Assembly (NCBI GenBank): GCA_965226795.1
Contig: CBDDDZ010000004.1
Coordinates: 1 to 64,000 of the forward strand
Direction of reading: 5' to 3'
Origin: Candidatus Latescibacterota bacterium
Lineage (GTDB): Bacteria; Latescibacterota; UBA2968; GCA-2709665
DNA: 64,000 nucleotides
Translations under genes and position numbers: made by a program
The notes under the pieces: model-generated
What the model saw: only the letters and a program-made list of their open reading frames with translations
Database searches by the model: none
Told to the model about the DNA's origin: nothing
In this document: positions 61,162-64,000 of the stretch, one piece after another
How the letters are laid out: every line of letters begins with the position of its first letter
Position numbering within the stretch: the stretch's first letter is position 1

Positions 61162-63270
61162 ATGCCGCCAAAAATCAGCCGCACGAAAATGCGTTCCATT
61201 TCCAACGAAAACCTTTTCGCGGCGATTGACCTCAGAGGGGAGCGCCTGAAACCCGTCAGCAAAGCGATAAGGGCCGGAAAGTGGAATAAAGCGGCCGCTG
61301 CCTGGGGCGATTACTTTTCCGCGCGGGAAAAACCTCTCAATATGGTCGCACCTACCGGCGATAAGCCCGACCCCAAATGCATTCAGGAAGCCGAACGCGT
61401 CGTCGCACACGAGATCCAGGGGTGGCACGACCTGACGTACAAATTCGGAAAGACGGTCGACTTCAACGCAAATTGGGGACGCTCAGGCATCTACGGCACC
61501 CACTACTGGGGCTGGTCCGAATGCCTGCGGGTCGCGTTCGGGCAGACCGGGGATCCACGTTATGCGGAATGCTTTGACGATCTGTTCAACCAGTGGTACG
61601 AACAACGTAAAGGTATAGATAATCCTGGCAACCACGACGTCATCTTTTACGAACTCGGGCTGGGTGGGCGGACACCACGGTTCATCGACCACTACTTTGC
61701 ATATCGGTCGACCGGCATCCTCCGCCCGATCACCCATCTACGCCTGTTGAAATCCATTCTGGGGGCCTGTCGCTGGCTCTATCTTCTCGAAAAAGACGAT
61801 GGCTATCGCAGCGGGAACTGGCAAATGTGCGGCTCGTGGGCCCTGGTCTACGCCGGGGGCCTCTTCCCGGAATTCAAAGAAGCAGGAAGCTGGGTCAGAT
61901 TCGGCGTAGAACGGCTTCTGGAACACGTTGACAGAGACTTTTATGCCGATGGCTGCCACCACGAACGCGCCTCCGGATACGGCGCGTGGTGCGCACGCAT
62001 CAGCGAGGATCTGCTGACCTTCTCGGAGCAGATCCCTTCCCCCAAGATCGAAACCGACCTGCGGGGTCGCATCGTTCAGATGTACGACTGGTTTTTGTCC
62101 ACCACCACCCCCCTGGGGGAATCGCAGGGTTTCAACGACGGCGGTTTCGGACAACAGGACGCCATTTTCAAGCGAGGCGCTGAATTTACGGGAGACGGGC
62201 GTTATCTTTGGCCAGTACGCAACAGCGTCCAGACCGATTCCCCTATCCGACCGAAAAAACCCGGATACACGTCCATCGACACGCGCCCGTCGGGTTTTGC
62301 CGTTATGCGTTCCGACTGGAACGCGGAAGCACGTTATCTAATCGTCAATTACGGCCCCTGGGGTGGCGGCCATACCCACAACGACCTGCTCGACTTCGCA
62401 CTGTACGCCTACGGGGAACCACTTGCCGTCGAGACCAACCGCTGGGGTCCATACGACAACCCGCTCGATCAGTATTTTCGTTCTCCCCAGGCCCACAACC
62501 AGATTGTGGTCAACGACGCGCCGATGGACCGCGTTCACCACCGCGGCGAGGAGGTCACCTGGGCGACCGGAAGGACACTGGACTATTTTTCCGCAACCCA
62601 CCGGGCCTACGAGCGGCAATACGGCACCCGCATCGAACGCCGCGTCACGTTTTTCAAACCCGATTACTTTCTGGTTTCGGATGCTGTCTTCGAAGGTCCC
62701 CAGCACCACGCCTACACCTGGTACCTGCATGCGCCCACAAGGTGGAAAGGAGGCAGAATCCGCGCGCTTTCCACCGGCCGTCCCGGACTCCAGATCGTTC
62801 CCGCGACCCCCTCCGAGATTCACCACGTCCGGAAAGGGACCTCCTACGAAGCCAAAGACGGCACGCCCGGCAGGCATCCCAACCGCTATTGGATAGGTCT
62901 TCAGAAATGGGTCCGGCGGGAAGGCGCCAACGCCGTTGTCTATGACATTGCCCTGGTTCCCTTCAAAACCGAGCCGGAGAACGTCAAAGTTACGCGGCGC
63001 TCAGCGAATATCGGCGGGGAAATCTGCCGCCCCGAAGTCGCTCGTGGCGTCCGAATCCGTCGCGGCGACCGGATCGATCTCGTGGTCTACGGCAGGGAAG
63101 GGGACGCCGTTGAATGCGACGGCCTGTCCTTCACCGGCACGGTCTGTGTTCTCTCCTTTCAGGATAAGCGACCGGTCCATGTCGCGGTCGTTGACGGCGG
63201 CGACGTCTCCTACAACGGCCTGCCGCTGATTCGCACGAACCGTGCAGGTCTCACCGAGCGCGAATTGTAA
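61162..63270 (+). CDS. Heparinase II/III-like polysaccharide lyase
   Basis: GNW, DGCHHERASGY, GGHTHNDLL, AHNQIVVN; ATG 61162 after GAGGA; no signal peptide. Confidence 0.82.
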   Translation: MPPKISRTKMRSISNENLFAAIDLRGERLKPVSKAIRAGKWNKAAAAWGDYFSAREKPLNMVAPTGDKPDPKCIQEAERVVAHEIQGWHDLTYKFGKTVDFNANWGRSGIYGTHYWGWSECLRVAFGQTGDPRYAECFDDLFNQWYEQRKGIDNPGNHDVIFYELGLGGRTPRFIDHYFAYRSTGILRPITHLRLLKSILGACRWLYLLEKDDGYRSGNWQMCGSWALVYAGGLFPEFKEAGSWVRFGVERLLEHVDRDFYADGCHHERASGYGAWCARISEDLLTFSEQIPSPKIETDLRGRIVQMYDWFLSTTTPLGESQGFNDGGFGQQDAIFKRGAEFTGDGRYLWPVRNSVQTDSPIRPKKPGYTSIDTRPSGFAVMRSDWNAEARYLIVNYGPWGGGHTHNDLLDFALYAYGEPLAVETNRWGPYDNPLDQYFRSPQAHNQIVVNDAPMDRVHHRGEEVTWATGRTLDYFSATHRAYERQYGTRIERRVTFFKPDYFLVSDAVFEGPQHHAYTWYLHAPTRWKGGRIRALSTGRPGLQIVPATPSEIHHVRKGTSYEAKDGTPGRHPNRYWIGLQKWVRREGANAVVYDIALVPFKTEPENVKVTRRSANIGGEICRPEVARGVRIRRGDRIDLVVYGREGDAVECDGLSFTGTVCVLSFQDKRPVHVAVVDGGDVSYNGLPLIRTNRAGLTEREL

Positions 63271-63339
63271 CCCCCATCCTGAACGCTAGTGCGGACCAGC
63301 AACGGATGACGACGGACGCGTAGCGACACCGGGACTCCC

Positions 63340-64000
63340 ATGTTCAGATTGGTACAGCTGATCCATCCCGAAGCAGGGCGGCGCATTGCCGCGGTCGACG
63401 GCGACCGTTGCCGGCTGATTGACGGATACACGTCAATTTACGGCATGGCGAGCCTCGTTCTGCAATCCGGTAACGCCCTGCACACGGAAATTGAAACAAA
63501 GCTCGGAAGCAACTTTCAGGGCTACGACGCCATCTACCACGGCCGGTCCGAATGGAAGCTTCTGCCCGCGTACGATCACCCGGGTGAACCCACCCGCTGC
63601 CTGGTGGCCGGCACCGGGCTGACGCACCGGGCCAGCGTCGACAACCGCCAGGCCATGCACGAACAGGACGCGCCCGGCGAAACACAAATCACCGACAGCA
63701 TGCGAATGTACCGATGGGGTCTGCAAGGCGGCAGACCGGAGTCCGGAAACGTCGGCGTACCGCCCGAGTGGTTCTATAAAGGAACCGGCACCATCCTTCG
63801 TGCGCATGGTGAACCTCTGGACGTGCCGGCCTTCGCGGGCGACGGTGGCGAAGAACCCGAAATCGCGGGGGCCTATATTATCGATCAGGAAGGCAACCCC
63901 AGGCGCATCGGCCTCGCCATCGGCAACGAATTCTCCGACCACGTCACCGAAAAGAAAAACTACCTCTATCTGGCGCCCTCAAAGCTGCGAACCTGCTCGC
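63340..64000 (+). CDS. GguC/AraD1-like fumarylacetoacetate hydrolase family protein, 3' end outside the window
   Basis: My translation: MFRLVQL...GTGLTH...PEWFYKG...DGGEEPEIAG...GNEFSDHVTEKKNYLYLAPSKLR. Confidence 0.88.
   Translation, partial: MFRLVQLIHPEAGRRIAAVDGDRCRLIDGYTSIYGMASLVLQSGNALHTEIETKLGSNFQGYDAIYHGRSEWKLLPAYDHPGEPTRCLVAGTGLTHRASVDNRQAMHEQDAPGETQITDSMRMYRWGLQGGRPESGNVGVPPEWFYKGTGTILRAHGEPLDVPAFAGDGGEEPEIAGAYIIDQEGNPRRIGLAIGNEFSDHVTEKKNYLYLAPSKLRTCS

Noticed and set aside
1..64000. tRNA, rRNA, transposase, integrase, phage or defence genes
   Set aside because: None recognised by eye; a small RNA could have been missed without covariance searches.

Overview
GC-rich bacterial window with four parts. 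The gene content suggests a host-associated FCB-group organism such as Latescibacterota or a sponge-symbiont type; this is inference. (1) 1-15.5 kb, minus strand: large secreted modular proteins built from LRR, LDL-receptor YWTD propellers, cadherin, CARDB and an unnamed 107-aa repeat. Three carry dockerin-like double Ca-loop modules. One of these also has a cohesin-like domain, and a small cohesin + T9SS/FlgD-type C-terminal sorting domain (CTD) protein heads the cluster. Two dockerin-ending proteins have independently lost their own CTD through stop codons just after the dockerin. This points to a non-cellulolytic, cellulosome-like surface assembly and is the best candidate for an undescribed system. 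(2) 16.8-39.4 kb, minus strand: tandem Asp-to-Glu pseudo-receiver/AraC regulators, a large C25 (gingipain/PorU-like) protease, a TMTC-like GT-C, and a surface polysaccharide operon that includes a sulfotransferase. (3) 39.5-49.1 kb, plus strand: a PVM-like microcompartment locus (PduL, two BMC-H, three BMC-P, aldehyde dehydrogenase, class II aldolase, acetate kinase) with unusual inserted genes. (4) 49-64 kb: housekeeping and envelope genes (DegP, SigA-type sigma factor, DUF2723, rhomboid, M23, PpiD, CMK-like, heparinase II/III-like, GguC/AraD1). Several small indels may be sequencing errors. All domain calls come from motif recognition, with no database searches.
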